From: an uncultured Candidatus Melainabacteria bacterium
GTDB lineage: Bacteria > Cyanobacteriota > Vampirovibrionia > Gastranaerophilales > Gastranaerophilaceae
DNA: 64,000 nt
Direction of reading: 5' to 3'
NCBI GenBank assembly: GCA_934718135.1
Contig: CAKUZW010000001.1
Location: 200,714-264,713, forward strand
Below the pieces are notes generated by a model. The model was not told where the DNA came from. It saw nothing but the letters and a program-made list of their open reading frames with translations, and did no database searches. The translations under genes were made by a program, and so were the position numbers. Shown here one piece after another: positions 18,884 through 26,508 of the stretch. Positions within the stretch are counted from its first letter, which is position 1. Each line of letters starts with the position of its first letter.

Positions 18884-19042
18884 TTAATTAACAATATTGT
18901 TCAAATCTTCTCGTACTACTGGAACAGTTTTATTTATGCTTTGATTGGATTTAAAAATTGAAAATATTGCTATTATCCCTACAATAATAACAATTGCAAA
19001 TACCATAGTTAGGAAGGATTTATTATCAAAATGATTATTCAT
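18884..19042 (-). CDS. possible 52-aa single-TM protein
   Basis: Found by hand: MNNHFDNKSFLTMVFAIVIIVGIIAIFSIFKSNQ.... It starts 11 nt after the Mrr-like stop and has only a weak RBS. Below the ORF-track size cut-off. Confidence 0.3.
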   Translation of the reverse strand: MNNHFDNKSFLTMVFAIVIIVGIIAIFSIFKSNQSINKTVPVVREDLNNIVN

Positions 19043-19053
19043 ACTACGAACCC

Positions 19054-19797
19054 TTATATATCTAACCTTCTACCATGTTTCCCATTTGAAACATAATCCT
19101 CTTTATTTTGAGAATAGTTTATTTGTTGACTCATTCTTATTATGTCGTCAAGGTTTAGTACTTTAAAATTCGGTTTATTGCTTATAAAATCTGCTCCTGC
19201 TTGTGTAATGCCAGATGATGCAACTAATATTACTTCATTTGCATTAAAATCATCTTTACAACCCCATAATGCCCTAATTGGTTCTGGAGGTACAGGGTTT
19301 CTATAATGTTTGCATTGCACAATTCCTCTATATCCTTCTTGTTCAAGAATAATATCCACTCCACCGTCGCCAGAACCTTTTGTAACCGTAGCTTTATAAC
19401 CATTTAGAATAAAAATTTTTGCAACTTCTTCTTCAAATTGCCAACCGTCTAAATTCCACCACCATGAATTTTCAGCCCAGTAACTTGAATTACGTTTTAA
19501 TTGATTTTGAGAAAATTGTCTGTAAGGACTGTCATTAAACAGATGACTCCAATATACGCAAAAAGCAATAAAACTAATAACGCAACTCCAACCAAACACA
19601 GAAAACGGTAATATGTTTGTAGTCCCTAAATAGTAAAGGAAGTAGTTAAAACTACCGACAAAACCAACGGATAATATACATTCTTTCCATAATCCATGTT
19701 TATTTACTTCTATTAAAAATTTTGTTGCACCTAGAACACAGGCTACAAATAATAGCACTAAATTATATAAATCTCTGTTATCACTTTTTCTTGACAT
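19054..19797 (-). CDS. membrane-anchored Mrr-like restriction endonuclease domain protein
   Basis: N-terminal TM helices, then FEEEVAKIFILNGYKATVTKGSGDGGVDIILE...IVQCKHY (Mrr catalytic core D...QCK). AAGGTGA RBS. Ends in the tail GRRLDI. Confidence 0.8.
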   Translation of the reverse strand: MSRKSDNRDLYNLVLLFVACVLGATKFLIEVNKHGLWKECILSVGFVGSFNYFLYYLGTTNILPFSVFGWSCVISFIAFCVYWSHLFNDSPYRQFSQNQLKRNSSYWAENSWWWNLDGWQFEEEVAKIFILNGYKATVTKGSGDGGVDIILEQEGYRGIVQCKHYRNPVPPEPIRALWGCKDDFNANEVILVASSGITQAGADFISNKPNFKVLNLDDIIRMSQQINYSQNKEDYVSNGKHGRRLDI

Positions 19798-19909
19798 TTT
19801 TCACCTTCTTATATATCTATCTTTCCGCCTATTTTATAGGCTCTATCATAATATTTGTATTGTTGTATGCTCAATTATCAATTATTACTGTTTAGCGATA
19901 ATACAACTC

Positions 19910-20641
19910 CTAAACTCTTATAGTAAGCAATACCGAGTTATCCTCTAATACTTCTTCCTGTTCCAATTTCATAGAAGGATTTTTTGCAATTTTTGATTTA
20001 ATATTCTTACAAATATTAGATTGAACAACTCGTTCATATTCAGATTCGATTTTGGCAAAGTATCTGTGAATTTCTTTTAAATCTGCGTATCCTGTAGCTT
20101 TAAATTCGTAAGCCCCATTTTTACTTGACTTTAATTCAATTAAACAATTCGGAATTTCAAAACTTAATTTTCCTCTTTCTTCTATTGCTAAAATTTTTAG
20201 GTTCTTTAAAGTTTGTTTTAATACAGTCTTATCTGTATAAATAGTAGGAAAATTATATACAGGAGTTTTTGTTTCAGAAATACTATCAAAAAAACAAGGT
20301 CTGCCTGCTACATGTGCAATGGCATTAGTAAAATTATCCAATACCTTTTTATCTATATCAGCAGAAACAGAAGCTACCAAATTATTTTGTTCATAAATCC
20401 AATAAATAGGATATTCTTTAGTAATATGAGTTTTTACATATCTATATAGCATTGTATATGTTTCAGACCAATCATAACCAGCTTTTTTAATATATTTTTT
20501 CAATTCTGTTTCATCTTCAAAATTAGTATATTTTCTAATTTCTTGCGACCTCATCCATTCATCAAATTTTTTAGCTCCCATTTTTCTGCGTTGTTGAGCC
20601 ATCCATAATTCACCATTCATTAAATCCTGTTTTATAGACAT
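19910..20641 (-). CDS. hypothetical protein with DUF1257 (Ycf35)-like C-terminal half
   Basis: AAGGAG RBS. Residues ~130-243 (FPTIYTDKTVLKQTLKNL...EYERVVQS...EDNSVLLTIRV) follow the Ycf35/DUF1257 pattern as I remember it. The N-terminal 130 aa are unassigned. Confidence 0.55.
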   Translation of the reverse strand: MSIKQDLMNGELWMAQQRRKMGAKKFDEWMRSQEIRKYTNFEDETELKKYIKKAGYDWSETYTMLYRYVKTHITKEYPIYWIYEQNNLVASVSADIDKKVLDNFTNAIAHVAGRPCFFDSISETKTPVYNFPTIYTDKTVLKQTLKNLKILAIEERGKLSFEIPNCLIELKSSKNGAYEFKATGYADLKEIHRYFAKIESEYERVVQSNICKNIKSKIAKNPSMKLEQEEVLEDNSVLLTIRV

Positions 20642-20654
20642 TATCTATACTCCT

Positions 20655-21608
20655 TTACCAATCAATTTTTCTCCCAATTTTATTTTTAGGTTTTGATGGG
20701 AATATTAACCTATCTTGAATCTCTATCATTTGATGCGGCATTAATTCAAATTCTGCAACAAAGGATTCTATATCATAATAATATTTTCCGTTATTACGTT
20801 CTTGTAATAATTTATCTGCTTTTTCATCATCAAAACCGTCTATTGTAAGCAGGTCTTTTTTATTACAAGATTCAAGTTTTATTTTTTTATTTTTTGAAGA
20901 AATATGACTCTCTTTATTGTTTTTGGAGATATTTTGTAATGTTGTGCTTTCAAAATTATCATCAACAGAAGTCTTTATTGAAAAAATTTTATCTGCTATT
21001 TGTTCCTGTAAATTAAGATATTTTTTTTCTTTAACAATCTCAAGTGCTAAATTGATAAATTCTTCTGCGGATTTATAATCCCCTGCATTATAATCCGTAA
21101 GTGCATTTTTATAATAACTTTCTGCTTTATGGTATTCGTATGCTCTATCTTCTTTTTCTATTGCTTCTTGTTTATCTACAAATTTTATGTCTAAGCCAGT
21201 GGTTTTTGTTAACCATTTTTGAATAGTAGTTAAATCTGTGAAAGATATATTTATAGAAGAAAGGGCTCTACGTTTCAAGTTCCATCTTTTCATAATATCT
21301 TTTTGAATTTTATTGTCTGCATTTTGAAGTAAATAATATATAACGTCAAAAGTATAATCTATTTGTTTGTGTATCTTAAGTGTTATAATATATTTTTCGT
21401 GATAAGAACCATAAAAATCATAACTTTTATTTGTATAATATATTATATTATTTTGTTGTTTTATTATTGATAATAGCTCATTAGGGTCTATTAGTTTTTC
21501 TTTTTTATATTTTTTTATCTCTTTTATGTAGTAATCCTTAGTTTTCAAATTGAAAATACTTGAGAAAAAATATAATGTTAAAACTATAATTGTTTCTATA
21601 ATGTCCAT
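20655..21608 (-). CDS. membrane-tethered protein with a TPR-like repeat and a C-terminal ComEA-like helix-hairpin-helix
   Basis: N-terminal TM (IIETIIVLTLYFFSSIF) followed by a K-rich stretch. TPR-like AESYYKNALTDYNAGDYKSAEEFINLALEI. HhH-like DLLTIDGFDDEKADKLLQERNNG...FELMPHQMIEIQDRL. Ends in the tail GRKIDW. Confidence 0.6.
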   Translation of the reverse strand: MDIIETIIVLTLYFFSSIFNLKTKDYYIKEIKKYKKEKLIDPNELLSIIKQQNNIIYYTNKSYDFYGSYHEKYIITLKIHKQIDYTFDVIYYLLQNADNKIQKDIMKRWNLKRRALSSINISFTDLTTIQKWLTKTTGLDIKFVDKQEAIEKEDRAYEYHKAESYYKNALTDYNAGDYKSAEEFINLALEIVKEKKYLNLQEQIADKIFSIKTSVDDNFESTTLQNISKNNKESHISSKNKKIKLESCNKKDLLTIDGFDDEKADKLLQERNNGKYYYDIESFVAEFELMPHQMIEIQDRLIFPSKPKNKIGRKIDW

Positions 21609-21627
21609 ATCTAACTGTTATAACCCT

Positions 21628-23334
21628 CTAAAAATCAATAGTTCTACCACCACGACTACGTTTTATTGTTTCAGTAGTTTTCTTTGCTTTTTCTTTCTTT
21701 TTCGCTATTTCTTCCGTTTCCTCTGGAGTATAATTATAGTTTTCATCATGTGCGGTAGCGGATACGGCTCTTTCGTTAGCCCATTCTCTGATAGCTAAAA
21801 TCTGTCCAGATTGAGTTGTTGAAAGAGGAACTGTATTTCTAATAACTTTAAATAAATCCTCTGTTTTAAGCGTTCTATTTTCGGCAAAGGCTTCAAATAA
21901 TGCAGATATTACAACTTGTTCTATTTCAGAACCTCCAAATCCTTCTGTAGCATCTGCAAGTTTATTTAATAAATCATCAGTAATTGCAAAATCTTTAGAC
22001 TTACTTCCTTTTAGTCTCTTTTCTAGATGTAATTTAAAAATAATTTTACGTTCATTTATAGTTGGTAAATCAACAAAAAATATTTCATCAAATCTTCCTT
22101 TTCTTAACATCTCAGCGGGTAATCTTGAAATGTTGTTTGCGGTCGCAATAACAAATACCGGTTTTGTTTTCTCATTCATCCAAGTAAGGAATGTTCCAAA
22201 AACTCTGCTTGAAGTTCCTCCATCCATTTCACCTCCCGAATTGCCACCAAACCCTTTTTCAATTTCATCAATCCAAAGTATTGAAGGTGCAACCGCTTCT
22301 GCTGTTTGAATTGCTTTACGCATGTTTTCTTCACTACTTCCTACCAACCCTGAAAAAATTTTGCCTATATCAAGTCTTAATAACGGTAGTTGCCACATTG
22401 CACTCATCGCTTTAGCCGTCATTGATTTCCCACAACCTGCCACACCTGTTATCAATACACCCTTTGGAGATGGCAAATTATAATCTTTTTGTGCTATACC
22501 AAGCCACGAATTATTACGTTTTGCCAGCCACTTTTTCATATTTTCTAAGCCACCAACATCATCAATGTTTACGGTAGTATTTATAAATTCAAGTATGCCT
22601 GTTTTCTTGATAACTTGGCATTTTTCTTCAAGGATAATATCTAATTCATTAACGGTTAATTGTCCTTTTGTAACCATAGCATGTGCAAAGGCATTTTCAG
22701 CCTCTTGTAATGTTAAACCTTGAGCGGCTTTACATAATAATTCTTTTCCGTTTTCATCAAGGTCTATTAAGATACCAGAGCCCTCATTCATAGCAAGCAT
22801 TTCATTCAAAAGATTTTTAAGTTCTTCAAGTGTTGGTAAATCAAAATCAACAACGGTAATATCTTTTTGCAAGTCATTAGGCAATACAAGTGTCGGAGCA
22901 ATGATTACAACATTTTTTGAACACTCTGCATTTTTTAAAGAACCTGCAACATCTCTTATTTTTCTAATAAATCCGTAATCTGCATTTCTTCCTTGAATCC
23001 CAAGTAGGGGATGAACATCTTTTAATATCATTATTGCAGGTTTGTTATAACTATCAATATAATTCAATGCTTCTGTAGGTTTTTCGGCATTGTTAATATT
23101 AATGTGTTCTTGACCTGTTGTAAGTAATTTATTTAAGCCTTCTGTCGCACTCCATATAAAAACATCTCTTTTACTTTTAATAGCTTTAGTATTCTTAGCT
23201 ATTTTGGTAATTAGCTCAATAACTCTTATTTCTTCCCATGTAGGTATATATATAAAACTAAATCTTGCTTTAAATAGGTTTGTCAAATATTGTTCAGTCT
23301 TTTTTATTCCTTCTAATACAATAGTTTTTGCCAT
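21628..23334 (-). CDS. Ycf46-type AAA+ ATPase
   Basis: N-terminal FSFIYIPTWEEIRV...FIWSATEGL. AAA core NLPSPKGVLITGVAGCGKSMTAKAMSAMWQLPLLRLDIGKIFSGLVGSSE, Walker B ILWIDEIEK, RKGRFDE. Very close in pattern to cyanobacterial/plastid Ycf46. K/E-rich linker then the tail GGRTIDF. Confidence 0.88.
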   Translation of the reverse strand: MAKTIVLEGIKKTEQYLTNLFKARFSFIYIPTWEEIRVIELITKIAKNTKAIKSKRDVFIWSATEGLNKLLTTGQEHININNAEKPTEALNYIDSYNKPAIMILKDVHPLLGIQGRNADYGFIRKIRDVAGSLKNAECSKNVVIIAPTLVLPNDLQKDITVVDFDLPTLEELKNLLNEMLAMNEGSGILIDLDENGKELLCKAAQGLTLQEAENAFAHAMVTKGQLTVNELDIILEEKCQVIKKTGILEFINTTVNIDDVGGLENMKKWLAKRNNSWLGIAQKDYNLPSPKGVLITGVAGCGKSMTAKAMSAMWQLPLLRLDIGKIFSGLVGSSEENMRKAIQTAEAVAPSILWIDEIEKGFGGNSGGEMDGGTSSRVFGTFLTWMNEKTKPVFVIATANNISRLPAEMLRKGRFDEIFFVDLPTINERKIIFKLHLEKRLKGSKSKDFAITDDLLNKLADATEGFGGSEIEQVVISALFEAFAENRTLKTEDLFKVIRNTVPLSTTQSGQILAIREWANERAVSATAHDENYNYTPEETEEIAKKKEKAKKTTETIKRSRGGRTIDF

Positions 23335-23337
23335 ATA

Positions 23338-23916
23338 TCACCCCACTAACTTTGCTAATTCTTTAAAATTGCCCATACCTGTCATAATAATTTTGTTTTC
23401 TGATGTTATACGGACTTCAATTTTGTTTTTGTATTCTGAAATTACAGATTTACTATATCTATCAGTTAAAAAATAATAATTTTGATTACTTGAACCAACC
23501 CAAGCTCTTGAGTAATCTGTCTTTTCTTGTTCATATTCGCCATCTATCAAAATATCAACATATTTAATAAGTGTTTGAAAATCTTTGTTTTCTTTAAGAT
23601 TAGAATACTTATATCCAGTAAAAAGAATTACAGACAGCCCAATTTCTTGAACTGTCTTTGAAATTTCTGTTACGGCTTGTATTTGTTCTGTAGGTTCACC
23701 ACCTAACCAAGTAATACCTTCAATCCTATCTTTATAAGATTTAATTATTTCAATAAATTCACAAATTTTATAAGAAGTACCACCATCAAAGTTCCACATG
23801 TGAGAATTAGCACAACCTTCACATCTTATAGAACATCCTTGAACCCAAATTGCGAATCTAGCTCCAACACCTTCAACCTTTGTTATAGGAATATATGAAT
23901 TTATCCTAATGTTCAT
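23338..23916 (-). CDS. NrdG-like radical SAM activase (4Fe-4S single-cluster domain)
   Basis: GVGARFAIWVQGCSIRCEGCANSHMW (CxxxCxxC) and WLGGEPTEQ. Start set to the ATG at 23916 (GAGGA upstream) instead of 23934. Its stop lies 3 nt before the AAA+ start. Confidence 0.85.
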   Translation of the reverse strand: MNIRINSYIPITKVEGVGARFAIWVQGCSIRCEGCANSHMWNFDGGTSYKICEFIEIIKSYKDRIEGITWLGGEPTEQIQAVTEISKTVQEIGLSVILFTGYKYSNLKENKDFQTLIKYVDILIDGEYEQEKTDYSRAWVGSSNQNYYFLTDRYSKSVISEYKNKIEVRITSENKIIMTGMGNFKELAKLVG

Positions 23917-24118
23917 TTTGTTGATATTCCTCATTTGAAGTATATAGATACTGTTCTGTTTCGTTATACTCTTTTGTAAATTCTGATTTTATAGTTTTAG
24001 CACCTGTTAAATTTTCAACTTCTTTTATGTAATTAAGGCAAGATTTACCTTTGATTCCAACTGTTTCGGATTCAATTTTACCATTTGGATATACCCTGAT
24101 TTTAATTTGTTTGCTCAT
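23906..24118 (-). CDS. DUF2997-like mini-protein
   Basis: MSKQIKIRVYPNGKIESETVGIKGKSCLNYIKEVENLTGAK fits the remembered DUF2997 pattern (I.I.PDG.V..EV.G..G.sC...T..le..lG). GAGGT RBS before the ATG at 24118. Overlaps the rSAM start by 11 nt. Confidence 0.6.
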   Translation of the reverse strand: MSKQIKIRVYPNGKIESETVGIKGKSCLNYIKEVENLTGAKTIKSEFTKEYNETEQYLYTSNEEYQQNEH

Positions 24119-24308
24119 CAATAACCTCAATATCAAGTTGTTTTATTAGATTCGGAATTTGTTCCAGTCTGTCATTTTGTATTATATCTACTCTTCTACT
24201 AAAATGTCTTAAAGTCTTACTTTTGGGATTTTTAGCTATTAATTGACCAAACATATTTGCTAAAATTTTCTTTGGTAAAATATTTCTGTCTTTGTCCGTA
24301 TCAAACAC
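24102..24308 (-). CDS. possible 68-aa leader ORF of the operon
   Basis: GTG start with AAGTGGA upstream. Its 3' end overlaps the DUF2997 start by 17 nt. No domain recognised, so it may not be translated. Confidence 0.3.
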   Translation of the reverse strand: MFDTDKDRNILPKKILANMFGQLIAKNPKSKTLRHFSRRVDIIQNDRLEQIPNLIKQLDIEVIDEQTN

Positions 24309-24367
24309 TGTTAATTTCCACTTCCATTCTTTTTACATCATAATATCTATTTTGATGAATAAGTGAG

Positions 24368-24410
24368 AAAAACCGTATGTAATCTGGATTTAGATACATA
24401 CGGTTTTTTC
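24368..24410. terminator. strong symmetric hairpin (bidirectional terminator-like)
   Basis: aaaaaccgtatgt ... acatacggttttt, a 13-bp stem with A-run and T-run flanks. Lies between the small recombinase gene and the AAA+ operon. Confidence 0.55.
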
Positions 24411-24528
24411 TTAATTTTTATTTATACATCGTTTTTATTTCTAGATATTTATGTTATTATCTCTATAGATGAGTTATACATCCGTATAGATATTCTGTTG
24501 CATTATGAAATGGTGCAAAGTTGCAATT

Positions 24529-25092
24529 TTACAGTTCAAAGTTTTTATATGATTCGTCCAGTTCTTCTTGTGCGATGCCAATATAACGCATTGTTATTGA
24601 GGGCGAACTGTGATTAAAAATTTTCTGCAACAATGCTACATCATGAAATTTTTTGTAATGGTGATAGCCAAAACTCTTACGTCCGCTATGTGTTCCAAAA
24701 TTCCCTTGTAGTCCTACTTTTAAACAAGCATCATTAATAAATCTGTAAACTTGCGACCTATCTAATCTGCAATGTTTCTTACCAACAAAAAGTGGTTCAT
24801 CACTTGTAATAGAGTATGTTTTATCTCTTTCAACAAGGTATTTTTTAATAAGACTTTTCAACTTATTATTTAGTGGGAAACGTTTATACTTACCCGTTTT
24901 CTTTTCTATAACCTCAACATATTGTTTGTTTCTGACGTCTTCTACATTTAATCCAAGTACATCAGATATTCTAAGACCGCTGTTGCAAGTGAAGACAAAT
25001 ATTAACTGATTCCGCAGACTATGTTTTGCTAGATACTGTTCAACAGCCTCAATATCTCTCTTGTCTTTTATTGGTTCTACTAAGTTCTTCAT
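24529..25092 (-). CDS. small (187 aa) tyrosine recombinase
   Basis: GLRISDVLGLNVEDV (Arg I), HSGRKSFG (HxxR), SPSITMRYIG (catalytic Tyr). Similar in size to FimB/FimE-type recombinases and lacks an N-terminal arm-binding domain. Confidence 0.85.
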   Translation of the reverse strand: MKNLVEPIKDKRDIEAVEQYLAKHSLRNQLIFVFTCNSGLRISDVLGLNVEDVRNKQYVEVIEKKTGKYKRFPLNNKLKSLIKKYLVERDKTYSITSDEPLFVGKKHCRLDRSQVYRFINDACLKVGLQGNFGTHSGRKSFGYHHYKKFHDVALLQKIFNHSSPSITMRYIGIAQEELDESYKNFEL

Positions 25093-25434
25093 CTCTTTTA
25101 CACCCTTTCTGCTACATATTCCTCGTTTTGTAGCAAATTAGAATGTAACTTATTATTTTAGTTATATAAATAAATTAGCCTAAAAGAACATAATTTTAAA
25201 AAGGCAAAAGACCTATATAAAGCTAAAACCTAGAGCACTGTACAGATAAACTGTAGGTAGAAATCTCTAGGTTACACATATATATTATTTACTATAATTC
25301 GCTATTTGTCAAGTATTGAATCAATGTTAATTATTCATTTTAAGCCCGCTATGAGGCTCGTAAAAAGGTGTTTCATATTTAATGTAATAAATGGTAACCC
25401 CCAATTCAATGATTTTAGAAAAATCGGAGTTAAA

Positions 25435-26508
25435 TTAAGAATTTCTTCCTTCAATAACTTTTCTGTATAATTCAACATACAATTTATTTCTAGAATCAGT
25501 CATTTGTAACTTTTTTAAAACCCGTGATAAGGAATTTTTTTGCGAACCTTTATACATCCCAAGCAACCTTGTTGCTGAGATTTTATTAACCTTAATTAAT
25601 TCTGCTAATAATTTTTCATGTTTACTTAAATGAACCTCTTGGGTAATAGGTTTATTAAAAAATACACGATTTCTTAATTCATTTGTATAAAACCTTTCTA
25701 ATGTATTATATAAATTCCCTGTGTTCAGCAAATCCAACAATGTAGCAAGTCTTAAATCATGGCTATTTGTTGTATTAAAAATAAAGTCTGAAATATTTTT
25801 TAACTTTTTTGAATAAGCATACTGTAACTCACATCTTAATATATGAAGATTCTGTAAAGATAAATAAGGTGGAGAATTATGGTAAGCTCCTACTGGCAAT
25901 ATAATTCTATCTTTAGGTGATAATGGGCTTGGTAAAAATATATCATTAAGAGAAGCTTTGTCTCTGAGTTCTTGGACTTTATCATAGAATAGAATTACTT
26001 TGTCTCCTACAATGTTTTTATTCGTAGAATCTTTCTTTAGCGTGCTTAGAATAAGACTTGTATTTGTCGAATTAGAAGTATTTTGAATAGGATTAATCCC
26101 TGCTCTATATTTCCTCTTTTTTAGCATTTCAATATAACGAGGAACAGTGCCTTGTGTATAAAAATTCTTTGTAAGGTGAATTTTACTTATAATAAAACTA
26201 TTGTAAATGTTTTCTGACAAGTCATAAAATCCGAGATTTTCAAACAACTCAAATAAGGTTTGTTCTTCTGGCATAATAAGGTTAGTATCGGTTTGACCTT
26301 CATTTGTCCTATATCTTGTAGGTGTAAATTCAAGGCTTATTCTTTGTCTGCTTGTATTAAGCTTATATGCGTTATCTGGATAATGTGAAGACATAACATT
26401 TTCTATCTTTACAAGGAATGCAGCCCTATCGTTAATATTAAAATCCGTATCATCTATATAAAAACGTAACTTATCAATTAATAAGTCATTGAACAAATTA
26501 CCAACCAT
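25435..26508 (-). CDS. hypothetical protein (island maintenance or replication function possible)
   Basis: AAGGGGGG RBS. Overlaps the upstream gene by 11 nt. No domain confidently recognised. Confidence 0.6.
   Translation of the reverse strand: MVGNLFNDLLIDKLRFYIDDTDFNINDRAAFLVKIENVMSSHYPDNAYKLNTSRQRISLEFTPTRYRTNEGQTDTNLIMPEEQTLFELFENLGFYDLSENIYNSFIISKIHLTKNFYTQGTVPRYIEMLKKRKYRAGINPIQNTSNSTNTSLILSTLKKDSTNKNIVGDKVILFYDKVQELRDKASLNDIFLPSPLSPKDRIILPVGAYHNSPPYLSLQNLHILRCELQYAYSKKLKNISDFIFNTTNSHDLRLATLLDLLNTGNLYNTLERFYTNELRNRVFFNKPITQEVHLSKHEKLLAELIKVNKISATRLLGMYKGSQKNSLSRVLKKLQMTDSRNKLYVELYRKVIEGRNS

Noticed and set aside
19054-21660. Conserved Gly in the shared C-terminal tails as a glycyl-radical site for the adjacent NrdG-like activase
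   Set aside because: The context G-R-x-[IL]-D does not resemble the RVxG[FWY] glycyl-radical motif. There is no glycyl-radical domain fold around it. I kept it only as a remote possibility under the tail finding.
24343-24493. Possible fimS-like invertible promoter: 9-bp inverted repeat aatatctat / atagatatt flanking ~133 bp between the small tyrosine recombinase and the AAA+ operon
   Set aside because: A 9-bp AT-only inverted repeat within 220 bp is expected by chance in this composition. No convincing promoter was found inside the segment, and the internal hairpin is symmetric, so inversion would not obviously switch anything. Only read-level evidence of both orientations would revive the idea.
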